64,000 nucleotides of DNA from an uncultured delta proteobacterium (GCA_963771465.1 CAVYTU010000017.1:832001-896000); one strand, 5' to 3'. Positions 30,519-40,732 are shown, counted from the first letter of the stretch. Notes: generated by a model not told the origin, from the letters alone. Made by a program: numbers and translations.

Positions 30519-30548
30519 GAATTGTTTTCGCGACGACATTCCTCAGTC

Positions 30549-31565
30549 ATGAAAATCGACATCGAGTTTAATTCCGGTGCGCAGCTGCCGATGGATGCGA
30601 TCCCGGAGCTCGCGCGCCTCGCTGAGGCCCATGGCTTTGACTGCGCCTGGGGCGGCGAGGCCAACAACAAGGATCCCACGGTGATGCTGTCGGCCATTGC
30701 CGCGGTTACCACCCGGTTGAAAGTCGGCTCGGCGATCTATCATATCCTCGGTCGCACACCGGCGACCCTGGCGCTTCAAGCGGCGGGTTTGGACGAGCTT
30801 TCGGGGGGCCGGTTTCTCTTGGGAATCGGTTCGTCCAATCCGACCATTGCCAAGTGGCATGGACAGACTCTCGATCACCCGCTGGGCCGCGTGCAGGAGT
30901 ATATCGACATCGTGCGCGCCGCGATGGCCGGCGAGAAATTGAATTACCAGGGCAAATATTTCACCGCGCAAAATTTCAAGATGGCATTTAAGGCGTCGGG
31001 TCGGACCATGCCAATCTATTTGGCCGCCTTCGGTTCGCAAATGACACAGCTGGCAGGGCGCATCAGCGACGGCGTACTAATCAATATGGCCAATCCTGCG
31101 GAGATTCGCCGTATCGCTGACGAAGTGCGGGCCGGTGCGGTAGCCGCCGGCAAAGACCCGTCGCAGATGGAGATTATCTGCAAAATCCGTTGTTCAATTG
31201 CGCCGAATTACAATGTCGCCCGCGAGGCGCTTAGCCACGCGCTGACTTACTATGCTTTGGCCGACTACTATCGCGACTTACTCGGACGTATGGGATTTGC
31301 ATCTGAAGTCGAAGCGATGCGCGCGGCGTGGAAGGCCGGTGGATTTCATTCGGCGCGCAGGTTAGTCACCGACGAGATGTATCGATCGTTGCCGTTGGTC
31401 GCAGCGACCTCGGCGGCGCAAGTCGTCGAGCAGATAAAGCCCTACGTTGATGCCGGCGCGACCAGAATTATTTTACCCTACGTGGCGGCCTCGGATGACA
31501 TTGTCGGCGAGTTAAGAGATTTTATTCATTACTGGAGCCCCGCAATTACGGGCGCGATCGGTTAG
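30549..31565 (+). CDS. LLM class flavin/F420-dependent oxidoreductase
   Basis: AEAHGFD..W.GE, LDELSGGRFLLGIG, PIYLAA, AGRISDG. Confidence 0.9.
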   Translation: MKIDIEFNSGAQLPMDAIPELARLAEAHGFDCAWGGEANNKDPTVMLSAIAAVTTRLKVGSAIYHILGRTPATLALQAAGLDELSGGRFLLGIGSSNPTIAKWHGQTLDHPLGRVQEYIDIVRAAMAGEKLNYQGKYFTAQNFKMAFKASGRTMPIYLAAFGSQMTQLAGRISDGVLINMANPAEIRRIADEVRAGAVAAGKDPSQMEIICKIRCSIAPNYNVAREALSHALTYYALADYYRDLLGRMGFASEVEAMRAAWKAGGFHSARRLVTDEMYRSLPLVAATSAAQVVEQIKPYVDAGATRIILPYVAASDDIVGELRDFIHYWSPAITGAIG

Positions 31566-31578
31566 CAGGAGAAACACG

Positions 31579-31980
31579 ATGCCATTTGAACTCATCGATC
31601 CCAAAGGCCTGGAAGCGCCAGTTGGTTATGCCCACGCTGCCAAGATTACCGGAGGCGCGGTTGTCCATATCGCCGGCCAAGCGCCTTTTAATGAGCGGGG
31701 TGAGGTTGTTGGCAAAGACGACTTCGTCGCGCAATTCACTCAAGTGATGGGCAATCTCAAGACGGCCATCGAAGGGGTCGGCGGCAAACCGAATCAGTAC
31801 GCGGCATTGACGATTTATATCACCAGTCTGGAAGCGTACTGGAGCAATAAAAAGCCGCTTGGGACCGCCTATCGCGCCGTATTTGGTAAATATTTCCCCG
31901 CCATCACCTTGGTCGAGGTTAAGCGGCTTTATAATCCCGATTGCATGATCGAGATCTCCGGGATCGCCGTCATCGACTAG
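31579..31980 (+). CDS. RidA/YjgF family protein
   Basis: GYAHA, IAGQ, FPAITLVEV, MIEI. Confidence 0.88.
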   Translation: MPFELIDPKGLEAPVGYAHAAKITGGAVVHIAGQAPFNERGEVVGKDDFVAQFTQVMGNLKTAIEGVGGKPNQYAALTIYITSLEAYWSNKKPLGTAYRAVFGKYFPAITLVEVKRLYNPDCMIEISGIAVID

Positions 31981-32121
31981 TCGCTAGCGTCGGTTGGACT
32001 GTAGGTTTTTGCCGCACTGTGCGTCAATTTTGGGCGGCAATCGACAATCTTTGCACTTAGAAACTTCCCGTCCAAGCCTTAGAATAGCTCGATTCCCTGT
32101 ATTTTTCATAAGTTGTAAAGC

Positions 32122-32136
32122 TGGCAGTGGATTTGC
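32122..32136 (+). promoter_or_regulatory. Possible sigma54 (-24/-12) promoter
   Basis: TGGCAG-TGGAT-TTGC with exact spacing, about 50 nt upstream of the ORF at 32188. Confidence 0.5.
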
Positions 32137-32187
32137 GTTACTACCTTGCCAATTGCCTCAATGGTTTAAGGTAGAAAGACACTGATT

Positions 32188-32397
32188 ATGTTTCGTATGA
32201 ACCCGATTGCCGCCCTAGATAGAGGATTGGATCAGGATCTTTTCGAGAGCGTTACGGAAGAAGAGATTATTTATCTCTGGCGTTCTATCAAAGGGCGCGG
32301 CCTCTCCGAAGATCAAGCTTGGCAAGCCATTGTTACCGGAATCGCCCTCGATATGGCTTTCGCCAAGTCGCGCAACTCCACCCAGATCGAACACTGA
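32188..32397 (+). CDS. Hypothetical small protein (69 aa)
   Basis: Standalone ORF in a gap, preceded by a sigma54-like motif. Confidence 0.55.
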   Translation: MFRMNPIAALDRGLDQDLFESVTEEEIIYLWRSIKGRGLSEDQAWQAIVTGIALDMAFAKSRNSTQIEH

Positions 32398-32545
32398 CAA
32401 GATTCTTTCAGATATCTGCCGTTAAAATCTCATTAGTCGAAGCGCGCTGGCGCGGTGTCATTTGGGGTCGCTGATCAGGCTCCGTTACATTGACTCGTCC
32501 GCCGAAATCTGGTTGAATCTCTGCATACTTACCAAGGAGCTTTTG

Positions 32546-32740
32546 ATGTCACGGATTACCGTAGAAGACTGTTTGCAGAAGGTCGCCAACCGCTTCGATT
32601 TAGTCATGCTGGCTTCCAAACGGGCGAGACAGCTTTTTAAGGGCGCTAAGCCGCTAATCGATGCCGATAACCGGGAAGTTGTCGTCGCGTTGCGCGAGAT
32701 CGCCGACGGCAAAGTTAGAAAAGTTCCAAACCAATCATGA
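32546..32740 (+). CDS. rpoZ: RNA polymerase omega subunit
   Basis: [10 protein letters not shown]...[16 protein letters not shown]...ALREIA; AAGGAG RBS. Confidence 0.96.
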   Translation: MSRITVEDCLQKVANRFDLVMLASKRARQLFKGAKPLIDADNREVVVALREIADGKVRKVPNQS

Positions 32741-32873
32741 CGAGTTTTTGGGTCCGCGGATAACGAGGCTTTTTCTCCGCTAGTCGCCAAGCAAATCTCA
32801 GTTTCGATAATCTTGAATAGCTCGCTAAGCCCTGCGATGCTCCGCTTTGGTGGTGCAGGTGCAAGAACCGCCC

Positions 32874-33836
32874 ATGGCCGAAGACGAAAGCAATAACGAA
32901 TTAGACTTTTCGATTCCTGGCGTTGAACTGCCGCAGATTGTTCACGAGCCAGACGATGGGGCAACTGCGTCGGATAAGGCGCTGGTTCCCTACGATCCGC
33001 TGCAGCGCTATCTGACCGAGATACGCCGATTTCAAGTGCTGAACCGCGAAGACGAGCATCGCCTCGCGGTAGAGTATAAAGAGTTTGGCAATGTTAAGGC
33101 AGCTTACCAACTGGTCACCGCGAACCTCCGCCTGGTCGTTATGATCGCGCGCGAGTATCAGAAATCATTCAAAACCCTGCTCGACCTCATCCAAGAGGGC
33201 AATATGGGATTGATGGAGGCGGTCAAAAACTTCGATCCCTATCGCGGTGTCCGTTTTCCATCCTACGCGGTGTGGTGGATTCGCGCTTATATGATTCGTT
33301 ACATCATGAACGACTGGCGCATGGTCAAGATCGGCACGACCCAGGCGCAGCGCAAACTATTTTTCAATCTGCAAAAAGAGAAGGAAAAAATCGAAGCAGA
33401 AGGGCTCATTGCCGGCCCCAAGTTGCTGGCCCAGCGCTTAAACGTAAAAGAGGACGAAGTTGTCGAGATGGAACAACGGCTCGGCAGCCGCGATCTGTCG
33501 GTTGATATGCCGATCGGTGAAGGCGACGAGGCGACGTTGCTCAACTTTTTGCCCGACCGCAATGAGAATCCCGAAGAGCAGTTTGCCGAAAATCAGTATC
33601 ACGATTTGTTGCGCCAAAAGATGGAGCAGTTTGCTCAAGGTCTTAAGGACAAGGAGTTGGTGATCTACCGCGAGCGGCTGCTCAACGAAGAACCGCTGAC
33701 CTTGCGCGAGATCGGCGATAAATACGGCATCAGCCGCGAGCGAGTTCGTCAAATCGAAGAACGAGTGAAGAAAAAACTCAAAACGTATCTTAAAAAAGAA
33801 CTCAAGGATGTCACTGACGTCGTCGGTCCCGAGTAA
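32874..33836 (+). CDS. rpoH: RNA polymerase sigma-32 family factor
   Basis: DLIQEGNMGLM, YAVWWIRAY, RpoH box VKIGTTQAQRKLFFNL, SRERVRQIE. Confidence 0.92.
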   Translation: MAEDESNNELDFSIPGVELPQIVHEPDDGATASDKALVPYDPLQRYLTEIRRFQVLNREDEHRLAVEYKEFGNVKAAYQLVTANLRLVVMIAREYQKSFKTLLDLIQEGNMGLMEAVKNFDPYRGVRFPSYAVWWIRAYMIRYIMNDWRMVKIGTTQAQRKLFFNLQKEKEKIEAEGLIAGPKLLAQRLNVKEDEVVEMEQRLGSRDLSVDMPIGEGDEATLLNFLPDRNENPEEQFAENQYHDLLRQKMEQFAQGLKDKELVIYRERLLNEEPLTLREIGDKYGISRERVRQIEERVKKKLKTYLKKELKDVTDVVGPE

Positions 33837-33979
33837 TTCGCTTTTGCCTTTCGTACTGTTTTGCACCTGATATGCAGCGCACTGTGTTGCCTGTAGACGC
33901 GCCCGAAACGCGCGTTTCGCTTGCGCGTTTGCGGTGCTTCTGATAGCAAAATTAGAAAAATAGTTTTCTGGGGGCTAGT

Positions 33980-34432
33980 TTGCAATTTCAAAAGGAAGTC
34001 GAAATTCTCGCGCCGCGGGAAAAGGTGTGGCAGTTCATCTGGGACGTCGACCGGTTCATCGCTTGTGTGCCGGGGTGTAAGGACGCCAAAACGGTTGAGG
34101 AAGGCAAACGTTATACGGCGACGATGACTGAAAAGGTTGGACCCTTCAAAGTCGAATTTCCGACGACCATCGAGATTCTTGAGCGGGAAGAATTGACGCG
34201 CATCAAGGCGCAAGCCTCGGGCGCCGATAACAAGATCGGCAGCCGCATGAAGATCGATCTTGACGTTCATCTGCGTGAATCGGACAACAAGACAATTTTG
34301 AGCTTTACCGCCGGGGTCGATGTCTTGGGCAAGCTGGCGGCGTTGGGCCATGGCATCATCAAGCGCAAAGCCGATCAGGTGCTCGACGAATTCGCCCAAG
34401 CCGTCAAGAAGAAGTTAGAAGGAGAAGCGTGA
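33980..34432 (+). CDS. CoxG/SRPBCC family protein
   Basis: APREKVW...ACVPG, KVGPFK, GKLAALGHGII. Confidence 0.85.
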   Translation: MQFQKEVEILAPREKVWQFIWDVDRFIACVPGCKDAKTVEEGKRYTATMTEKVGPFKVEFPTTIEILEREELTRIKAQASGADNKIGSRMKIDLDVHLRESDNKTILSFTAGVDVLGKLAALGHGIIKRKADQVLDEFAQAVKKKLEGEA

Positions 34433-34433
34433 G

Positions 34434-35282
34434 ATGCTCAGAAGATTTCGTCTGGAAGAGCCGCAGAGCGTGGCAGAGACCTCTGAGCTGCTCGGCCGCT
34501 TCGGTGACAGCGCTAAAATTTACGCCGGCGGCACGGAACTGCTTTTGGCGATGAAGGAAGGCTTGGTTCAATACGAGCGGCTGATCAACGTCAAAAGGCT
34601 CGGCCTCAATCAAATCTCGGCCGAAAACGGTGCCGTCAAAATCGGCGCCCTATGTACGCATCATGAACTGGAACTGTCGCCGGCCATTCAGCAACGGCTG
34701 CCTTCTCTGCTCAAGCTGGAACACAACGTCGCCAACGTGCGCGTGCGTCAAGCCGGCACCATCGGCGGCAACCTTTGCTTCGCCGAGCCGCATGCCGATC
34801 CGGGAACTTTGCTGATGGCGTTGGGCGCGACGATGGTCGCTGAGACGGGGAACGCGAAACGTGAGATCGCGGCTGAGGAGTTTTTCGTCGATGCTTATGA
34901 GACGTCATTGACGGCCGACGAAGTTCTCACGGAGATTCGTGTGCCGGCGCCGGGCGCTAATGCGCGCAGCGCATATCTTAAATTCGGCTACCTGGAGCGG
35001 CCGAGTGTGGGTGTCGCTCTGGCATTCAATCTGAACGGCGCTAGCGTGAGCGACGTCAGGATCGCCGTCGGTTGTGCCGGGCCGGCGCCCAAGCGGGTGG
35101 TTGAAGCCGAGGCGTTGCTCAACGGTAAAAGCAAAGACGAGGCGACGCGCAATCTGGCGCAAGCCGGCGCGGTCGCTGGGCGCGCGGCGCAAGCGATCAG
35201 CGATCTGCATGGGGCACAGGATTATAAGGAGCACATTGTCGGCGTGCTCTTAAAGCGGGCCTTTCAAGCCGCGGTCAGTTAG
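34434..35282 (+). CDS. Molybdenum hydroxylase FAD-binding subunit (CoxM/CutM-like)
   Basis: YAGGTEL, RQAGTIGGNLC.A.P.AD. Confidence 0.9.
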   Translation: MLRRFRLEEPQSVAETSELLGRFGDSAKIYAGGTELLLAMKEGLVQYERLINVKRLGLNQISAENGAVKIGALCTHHELELSPAIQQRLPSLLKLEHNVANVRVRQAGTIGGNLCFAEPHADPGTLLMALGATMVAETGNAKREIAAEEFFVDAYETSLTADEVLTEIRVPAPGANARSAYLKFGYLERPSVGVALAFNLNGASVSDVRIAVGCAGPAPKRVVEAEALLNGKSKDEATRNLAQAGAVAGRAAQAISDLHGAQDYKEHIVGVLLKRAFQAAVS

Positions 35283-35316
35283 CTATGCGCGATCATTGGG
35301 ATGAGGGGAGAAATTC

Positions 35317-35823
35317 ATGGCGACGGCGTTGAGTAGACATTCGGATGGGCAAACGATACCGGTGTCATTTACTTTGAACGGGCGGTTGCAAGAGATTGAC
35401 GTCGAGCCGCACGAGCTGTTGCTCGATGTCATCCGCGATCGATTGGGCCTCACCGGCGCGAAGCGGTCCTGCGACGTTCAGGTCTGCGGCGCATGCACGT
35501 TGCTGGTCGACGGCCGGCCAGTGAGCGCATGCACGACGCTCGCGTTCGAAGTGCGCGGCCGTTCGGTGCTGACGATCGAAGGCTTGGCGGACAACGGCAC
35601 GCTGCATCCGCTCCAGCAGGCGTTCATCGAACATGGCGGCTTTCAATGCGGCTTTTGCACGCCGGGAATGATTTTGGCGTCTAAAGCGTTGTTGGACGAA
35701 AATCCCAATCCCAGCGAAGAGGAACTCAAACATTTCATGCACGGCAATCTGTGCCGCTGCACCGGCTATAAGAAAATCATCGAGTCGATAATGGCCGCGG
35801 CTAAGAAGATGCGCGCCAAATAA
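35317..35823 (+). CDS. Molybdenum hydroxylase 2Fe-2S subunit (CoxS/CutS-like)
   Basis: CDVQVCGAC, QCGFCTPG, GNLCRCTGY. Confidence 0.93.
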   Translation: MATALSRHSDGQTIPVSFTLNGRLQEIDVEPHELLLDVIRDRLGLTGAKRSCDVQVCGACTLLVDGRPVSACTTLAFEVRGRSVLTIEGLADNGTLHPLQQAFIEHGGFQCGFCTPGMILASKALLDENPNPSEEELKHFMHGNLCRCTGYKKIIESIMAAAKKMRAK

Positions 35824-35890
35824 TTCCAAATTCCAGATTACATATTCCAAATCCGAATTCTGGAATCTGAAATTTGTAATTTGGAATCTA
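35823..35890. repeat. 7-mer fold-back repeat between convergent genes
   Basis: ATTCCAA ATTCCAG ATTACAT ATTCCAA ... TGGAATC TGAAATT TGTAATT TGGAATC. Confidence 0.8.
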
Positions 35891-35912
35891 ACCTGCTCGC
35901 GTCGCGAGCAGG

Positions 35913-37340
35913 TTAGTCTTCTATTCCGTATTCCTTCCAGCGGCTCGCGACGATATCTAGATGTTCCTTGGGCGGTAACGATATGGCCGGATATTTGTGC
36001 TTTCGCGTGGCGTCGATGGCGATGCGAGAGCCGACATAACGGCTTGGATGATGTTGTAGCACGTCGGCCGGCGCTTGGGATGGATCGAGGCCGACGGCTT
36101 GCACGTCGCGCTCGATGTAGACGTCTTGGTCAGGACGGACATGCCAACTGAGCGCCCAGTCGACCGCGAAATCATCCCAGACGTCGATATCGTCGTCGAC
36201 GACCACGGTAATTTTTCCGAAGCCGGTGCGTTGCGACCAGGCGCCGTACATGAGTTGGCGCACCTGGCCGACGAATTCTTTTTTCAGCGAGATGACAAGG
36301 TATGCGCCGCTGCCGCCAGCTTCCTTCAAGCGCAGGTCCTTGATCGGAATGCGCAACACATCTTTTAGATGCTTGAACAGCGGCCACTCACGGCCGATGC
36401 CGCGAATACAACTCGACTCCGACGGCGGCATCTGGCTGATGAATGCTTGATAGAGCGGCTTGTTGCGAAAGGTCATGCATTTGATGTTGAAGAACGGTTC
36501 GTTGCCCGCCGGGCCCATGTAGCCGGTGTATTCGCCGAAAGGACCTTCATGCTCGAAGGCATTGGGCGGAATCTCGCCTTCGAGGACGATTTCGGCGGTG
36601 GCGGGTACTTCCAACGGCACGGTTTCACAGGCCACCAAATCGACCGGCGCGCCGCGCAACGCGCCGGCGACGGCAAATTCATCGAGCGCGTCGGACATTT
36701 TCGAAACCGAAACATAGCCGATGGTTGGATCAGCGCCGATGACGACCGCCACCGGAGTAGGCTTGTTTTGCGCATTGTTCTTGTACATGTGCCACGCCAT
36801 GTCTTGGCGCTTGCCAATCAATAGGCCGGTCTTATTCGGCCCTTTAATTTCCATGCGATAGGTGCCGACGTTGCGCACGCCGGTCTCGGGATCTTTAGTG
36901 ATGAGATACGGCGAAGTAAAAAATGGCGCGGGGTCTTCACCGACGGTCCAGGTCGGTACCGGCAGTTTGGTGATGTCGACGTCTTTACCGTGGAGAATGT
37001 TTTCTTTGCACGGCGCGTTTTTGGCTGACACCATGCGCGGTTCGATGGGATGACCCAAGGCGTAATCCCATTTGCGATTGATGCCCTCGACCGTTTCGGT
37101 TTGCAGTCCGAGGGCATAGATTTCCCGTGACGCGCCGAGCACACCGGCGACCACGGGGATGTTGAAGCCTTTAACGTTTTCAAATACTAGCGCCGGACGA
37201 TTTTGCGGCGCAATCTTCTTGAAAAGTTGTCGGCAAACAGCCGCGATTTCCCAATCCTTATCGACTTCCTTGGTGACGCGTTTGAGTTTGCCATGCTTTT
37301 CTAGGGTGGCGACGTATTCGCGCAGATCGTGATAAGCCAT
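35913..37340 (-). CDS. UbiD family prFMN-dependent decarboxylase
   Basis: RNVGTYRM, EIVLEG, EGPFGEYTGY, VVVDDDID, IDAT. Confidence 0.93.
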   Translation of the reverse strand: MAYHDLREYVATLEKHGKLKRVTKEVDKDWEIAAVCRQLFKKIAPQNRPALVFENVKGFNIPVVAGVLGASREIYALGLQTETVEGINRKWDYALGHPIEPRMVSAKNAPCKENILHGKDVDITKLPVPTWTVGEDPAPFFTSPYLITKDPETGVRNVGTYRMEIKGPNKTGLLIGKRQDMAWHMYKNNAQNKPTPVAVVIGADPTIGYVSVSKMSDALDEFAVAGALRGAPVDLVACETVPLEVPATAEIVLEGEIPPNAFEHEGPFGEYTGYMGPAGNEPFFNIKCMTFRNKPLYQAFISQMPPSESSCIRGIGREWPLFKHLKDVLRIPIKDLRLKEAGGSGAYLVISLKKEFVGQVRQLMYGAWSQRTGFGKITVVVDDDIDVWDDFAVDWALSWHVRPDQDVYIERDVQAVGLDPSQAPADVLQHHPSRYVGSRIAIDATRKHKYPAISLPPKEHLDIVASRWKEYGIED

Positions 37341-37477
37341 GAATCCTCCTCTGATGACAGCAGCGGCGAGAAATTTTCCTTATAATTAGCACAAATGGTT
37401 AATATATCAACAATCGTGATTGGAAATATATCCTAGGTGACATCCTGGCAACCGGTGCCAGCAATCAGCGCTGCGAC

Positions 37478-37509
37478 AAGAAAAAGGCAACCGCGATTGC
37501 GCGGTTGCC
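37478..37509 (-). terminator. Rho-independent terminator after the ABC operon
   Basis: GGCAACCGCG-CAAU-CGCGGUUGCC followed by UUUUUCUU on the minus strand. Confidence 0.8.
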
Positions 37510-37539
37510 GTCATATCAGCAGTGATGAATGGAAGTAGC

Positions 37540-38463
37540 TTAAGCGCGAATTTCGGCGCGCATGAAAATGATGTAGGAAATCCCGAAGCAGACGGCGACC
37601 AGGCCGAAAATTGTTGTGATGTGCGGCCAGATAAGCGTCAAGCTTTGGTCGAGGGCGAGCGGCGTCGGCAAGATGCCTTCGGCCTGGCTTTGTAACGCCA
37701 TGCCAAAGACGCGTGCCGCTGGGTTGAGCAGGATGCCGACGCTTTCGTTGAACAAGGTGCTTGGTGAAATGCGGCCAATGATATTTTCGACGTCAGAGCG
37801 GCGGGAAAGCGCTTCAGGAGTCGTCGCGTCGGGGACGATCAAGCCGGCGATCCCCGAACTAACCACGGCGATGAACAGGGAGAGGAAAAGCCAGACCGCC
37901 ATTGACGCGAGGGCGGCGGTGACGGTTTTCTGAAATAGCAGTGAGAAGAGCATGGCCAGGGCGAGCCAAAAGCCGACGTAAAACACGCCGACCACGGTGA
38001 AGATTATCATGCGCCAAAGCTCTTCGGCGTTGGGCGGAAAACCTAATAGCGTGATTCCGAGGCCGATGACAAGCAGCAGGATCGACCCCCACAACACCGC
38101 GACGGTGGTCAGGCCGGCGAAAAATTTGCCATTGATCAGGCTATCGCGATAAATCGGCTGTGACAGCACGCGGCTCAAGGTGCCGCGGGCGTATTCGCCG
38201 CTGATCGAATCGAAGCCGAGAGTGATGCCCACCAGCGGGCCGAAGAAGCCGAGAAAGGTTGCCAGCGAAAAAAGCGTTTCGCCGCTGGAGGTGAGCAAGA
38301 GCAGAAAAACATACTGCGCCGGGACGGTGTCGGTGTTTTGCCGGATCGCTTGGCCGGTGGCGTAAGCGGCCCAAAGGCCGGAGAAGACAATGAGGATCAG
38401 CAGGATCATGAAACGGCGGCTGCTGAAATGGTCCGCCAGTTCTTTCCAGAAAACAACGCTCAT
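37540..38463 (-). CDS. ABC-2 type transporter permease (NosY-like)
   Basis: MSVVFWKELADHF, GFDSISGE...GTLSRVLSQPIYR...GKF. Confidence 0.88.
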   Translation of the reverse strand: MSVVFWKELADHFSSRRFMILLILIVFSGLWAAYATGQAIRQNTDTVPAQYVFLLLLTSSGETLFSLATFLGFFGPLVGITLGFDSISGEYARGTLSRVLSQPIYRDSLINGKFFAGLTTVAVLWGSILLLVIGLGITLLGFPPNAEELWRMIIFTVVGVFYVGFWLALAMLFSLLFQKTVTAALASMAVWLFLSLFIAVVSSGIAGLIVPDATTPEALSRRSDVENIIGRISPSTLFNESVGILLNPAARVFGMALQSQAEGILPTPLALDQSLTLIWPHITTIFGLVAVCFGISYIIFMRAEIRA

Positions 38464-38468
38464 GTGAT

Positions 38469-39402
38469 TTAAGCCTCGCGGAAGTATTTCAGATAGATCT
38501 CTTCCAGAGTCGGGATCTTCGGAACGGAGTTGCAATAAGTTCAAACCGCGCCGCGCCACCAGCGAAACGACTTCGCCGCGAACGTCCTCGGTGCAGCGGA
38601 GAAACCAACCGTGCGGTCGCCGCTCGATTTCATCGACGCCTTTGATGCTTTGCAGATCGCGGTCGAGACCTTCGGTGTTGCCGCTCACATCGAGCAGAAA
38701 GTTCCACTGGCGCCCCTTGAGGATCCCTCTACCCAGCGTGTCCATTTCGCCTTGGACGATGAGTTTGCCTTTGACGATAATGCCGACGCGGTTGCAGATT
38801 TGCTGCACTTGCTGCAGCTGATGCGACGACAGCATGACCGTGAGACCGTGATCGTGATTCAAATTTTTGATCAATTCGAGAATCTTGATGGCGCCATCGG
38901 GATCGATGCCTAACGTGGGCTCATCGAGGATGATGGCGGTCGGTTTTTTGACCAGCACTTCGGCGATGCCGAGGCGCTGCTTCATGCCGCGTGAGTATTC
39001 CTTGACCAAGCGCCGGCCATCGTCGGCGAGACCGACTTGCTCCAAAACTTGCGTGGTGCGCCGCTGCGCTTCGTCTTCGGGGATGCGATTCAAGCGCGCC
39101 ATATAGAGCAGATTTTCGCCTGCGCTCATGTCGTCGTAGAAGCCGGGATTCTCCGGCAGGTAGCCGACGCGCTTTTTAACTTCCAGGGATTGCCGGCGTG
39201 GATCAAAACCGCATACTGAGACCTCGCCTGAAGTGGGCTCGGTGAGCCCCAAGAGCATTAAGATCGTCGTCGTCTTGCCGGCGCCGTTGGGCCCGAGAAA
39301 ACCGAAGACTTCACCTTCCTCGATAGTCAAGTTGAGCGAGTTTACGGCGAGTTTTTCGCGGTAACGCTTAGTCAGATTTTTGGTGTCGACGACGGTGCTC
39401 AT
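38469..39402 (-). CDS. ABC transporter ATP-binding protein; a 1-nt insertion near 38512 falsely fuses it to the permease
   Basis: GPNGAGKTT, YSRGMKQR, LDEPT, SSH; removing one C gives the typical end DPTLEEIYLKYFREA-stop. Confidence 0.88.
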
Positions 39403-40652
39403 CTACGGCCCAAGCGGAAAAATACCACGGCTAAACCGAGCACGACCAAGCCGACGATACCAAAGCCGATCCAACCCCAGATGGTCGGTGTCGACACGGT
39501 GACGCGGAATTCAACCGACTTGGTAACGTCGGCGGAGTTAGCCGTCAACGTCATCAGATAATCTCCGGCGATGGTTCGGTCCGGCGCCAAAATTTCCATC
39601 TTGATTTGTCGCACTTCGCCGGGGCCTAGGGCGTCGATCTTGTCCGGTTTGAATTCCACCGTCCATTTATCGCTGGGCTTTTTGGTGACGAAGCCGAGAT
39701 TGCGCACCGGCGCAGTGCCGGCGTTGCCGACGACAAAGTCGATGGAAGATTTGGTGCCGGCGGTGATACCTGCGTTGAGCGTGCCAGCGAGTGAACCCAT
39801 CTTTAGATCCTGGGTGCCTTTAAGCGAGACTTTGACACTGGTCGAAGCTTCATAGGCGCCGGCGCGCGCTTGAACGGTGACGGGAGATTCTTTCGCTTCG
39901 GCGTTGGCCGGCGTGTCGATTTCCACGCTCAAAGTTTCCGAGCCGTTCTCTTTCAATTGGATCGACGAAATTTGTTGATCGCCGAATTGCGGTTTGAAGC
40001 GAACGGCCCAACCTTGCGGCGCCTGGGCTACCAGTGAGGTCGGCAGTGCTTTATTGGTTTCGTTTTTGAGATCGACGGTGAACTTCAAAGTCTGACCGGA
40101 GGCGGTGCTGAGAACGGGATATTGGCTGCTCACTTTTAACCCGCCGGTTTCAATTTTCTTGGAAGCTACGCGGTAATTGATAGTTTCGACGTACTGGGTT
40201 GAACCTTTAGTGTCTTTCGCGGTGATTTTGATGGCATAGGTTCCCGGTTTTGTATTCTCGGGAATTTTGGCTTTGAACTCGAGGGTCGTCGCCTTGTTTG
40301 TGGCTTGGTCGCCGCCGCCAACCGTCACTGAACGCACTGGAAAGCTCGGGTAGCGCGAGTTGAAATTGACATCCCATCCCGCGGGTACGCCTTCGATCGT
40401 CAGATTCACTTCCACGGGGTCTTTCGTTCGGTTAATCACTTCCGCGTCCATGGTCGCTTCTTGGCCCTGGCCGACGCTGAGATCCTTGAACGGTAGGATT
40501 AGATTGAAAGATTCTTTAGATGCTGTTGCGGCAGGCGCCGCCGCCGGCTCGGCAGCCGAGCCACTCGTAACGAGATTGGTAGAGGCGATCAATATCCACG
40601 CAAGCACGTAGATAAACATGCGCGGGCTGATACTTGCAGGCCCGATCCTCAT
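39399..40652 (-). CDS. NEW3-domain (COG1470-like) membrane-anchored protein
   Basis: Signal peptide, three Ig-like repeats (P.GW.V.F), C-terminal TM and FFRLGRR. Confidence 0.8.
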   Translation of the reverse strand: MRIGPASISPRMFIYVLAWILIASTNLVTSGSAAEPAAAPAATASKESFNLILPFKDLSVGQGQEATMDAEVINRTKDPVEVNLTIEGVPAGWDVNFNSRYPSFPVRSVTVGGGDQATNKATTLEFKAKIPENTKPGTYAIKITAKDTKGSTQYVETINYRVASKKIETGGLKVSSQYPVLSTASGQTLKFTVDLKNETNKALPTSLVAQAPQGWAVRFKPQFGDQQISSIQLKENGSETLSVEIDTPANAEAKESPVTVQARAGAYEASTSVKVSLKGTQDLKMGSLAGTLNAGITAGTKSSIDFVVGNAGTAPVRNLGFVTKKPSDKWTVEFKPDKIDALGPGEVRQIKMEILAPDRTIAGDYLMTLTANSADVTKSVEFRVTVSTPTIWGWIGFGIVGLVVLGLAVVFFRLGRR

Positions 40653-40732
40653 AATGAATAACCCCCTCAGCGAGAAAATTTGTTGCCGATAAATAACCAT
40701 AAAGTCTCTTAGCGTCAAGGCCTTCGTAAGAA

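Noticed and set aside
33980-35823. Aerobic CO dehydrogenase
   Set aside because: No large subunit, so the diagnostic active-site motif cannot be assessed.
37540-39402. Apparent novel 620-aa ATPase-permease fusion
   Set aside because: Removing one C near 38512 restores the usual ATPase end (DPTLEEIYLKYFREA-TAA) followed by a separate permease ATG; most likely an indel artefact.
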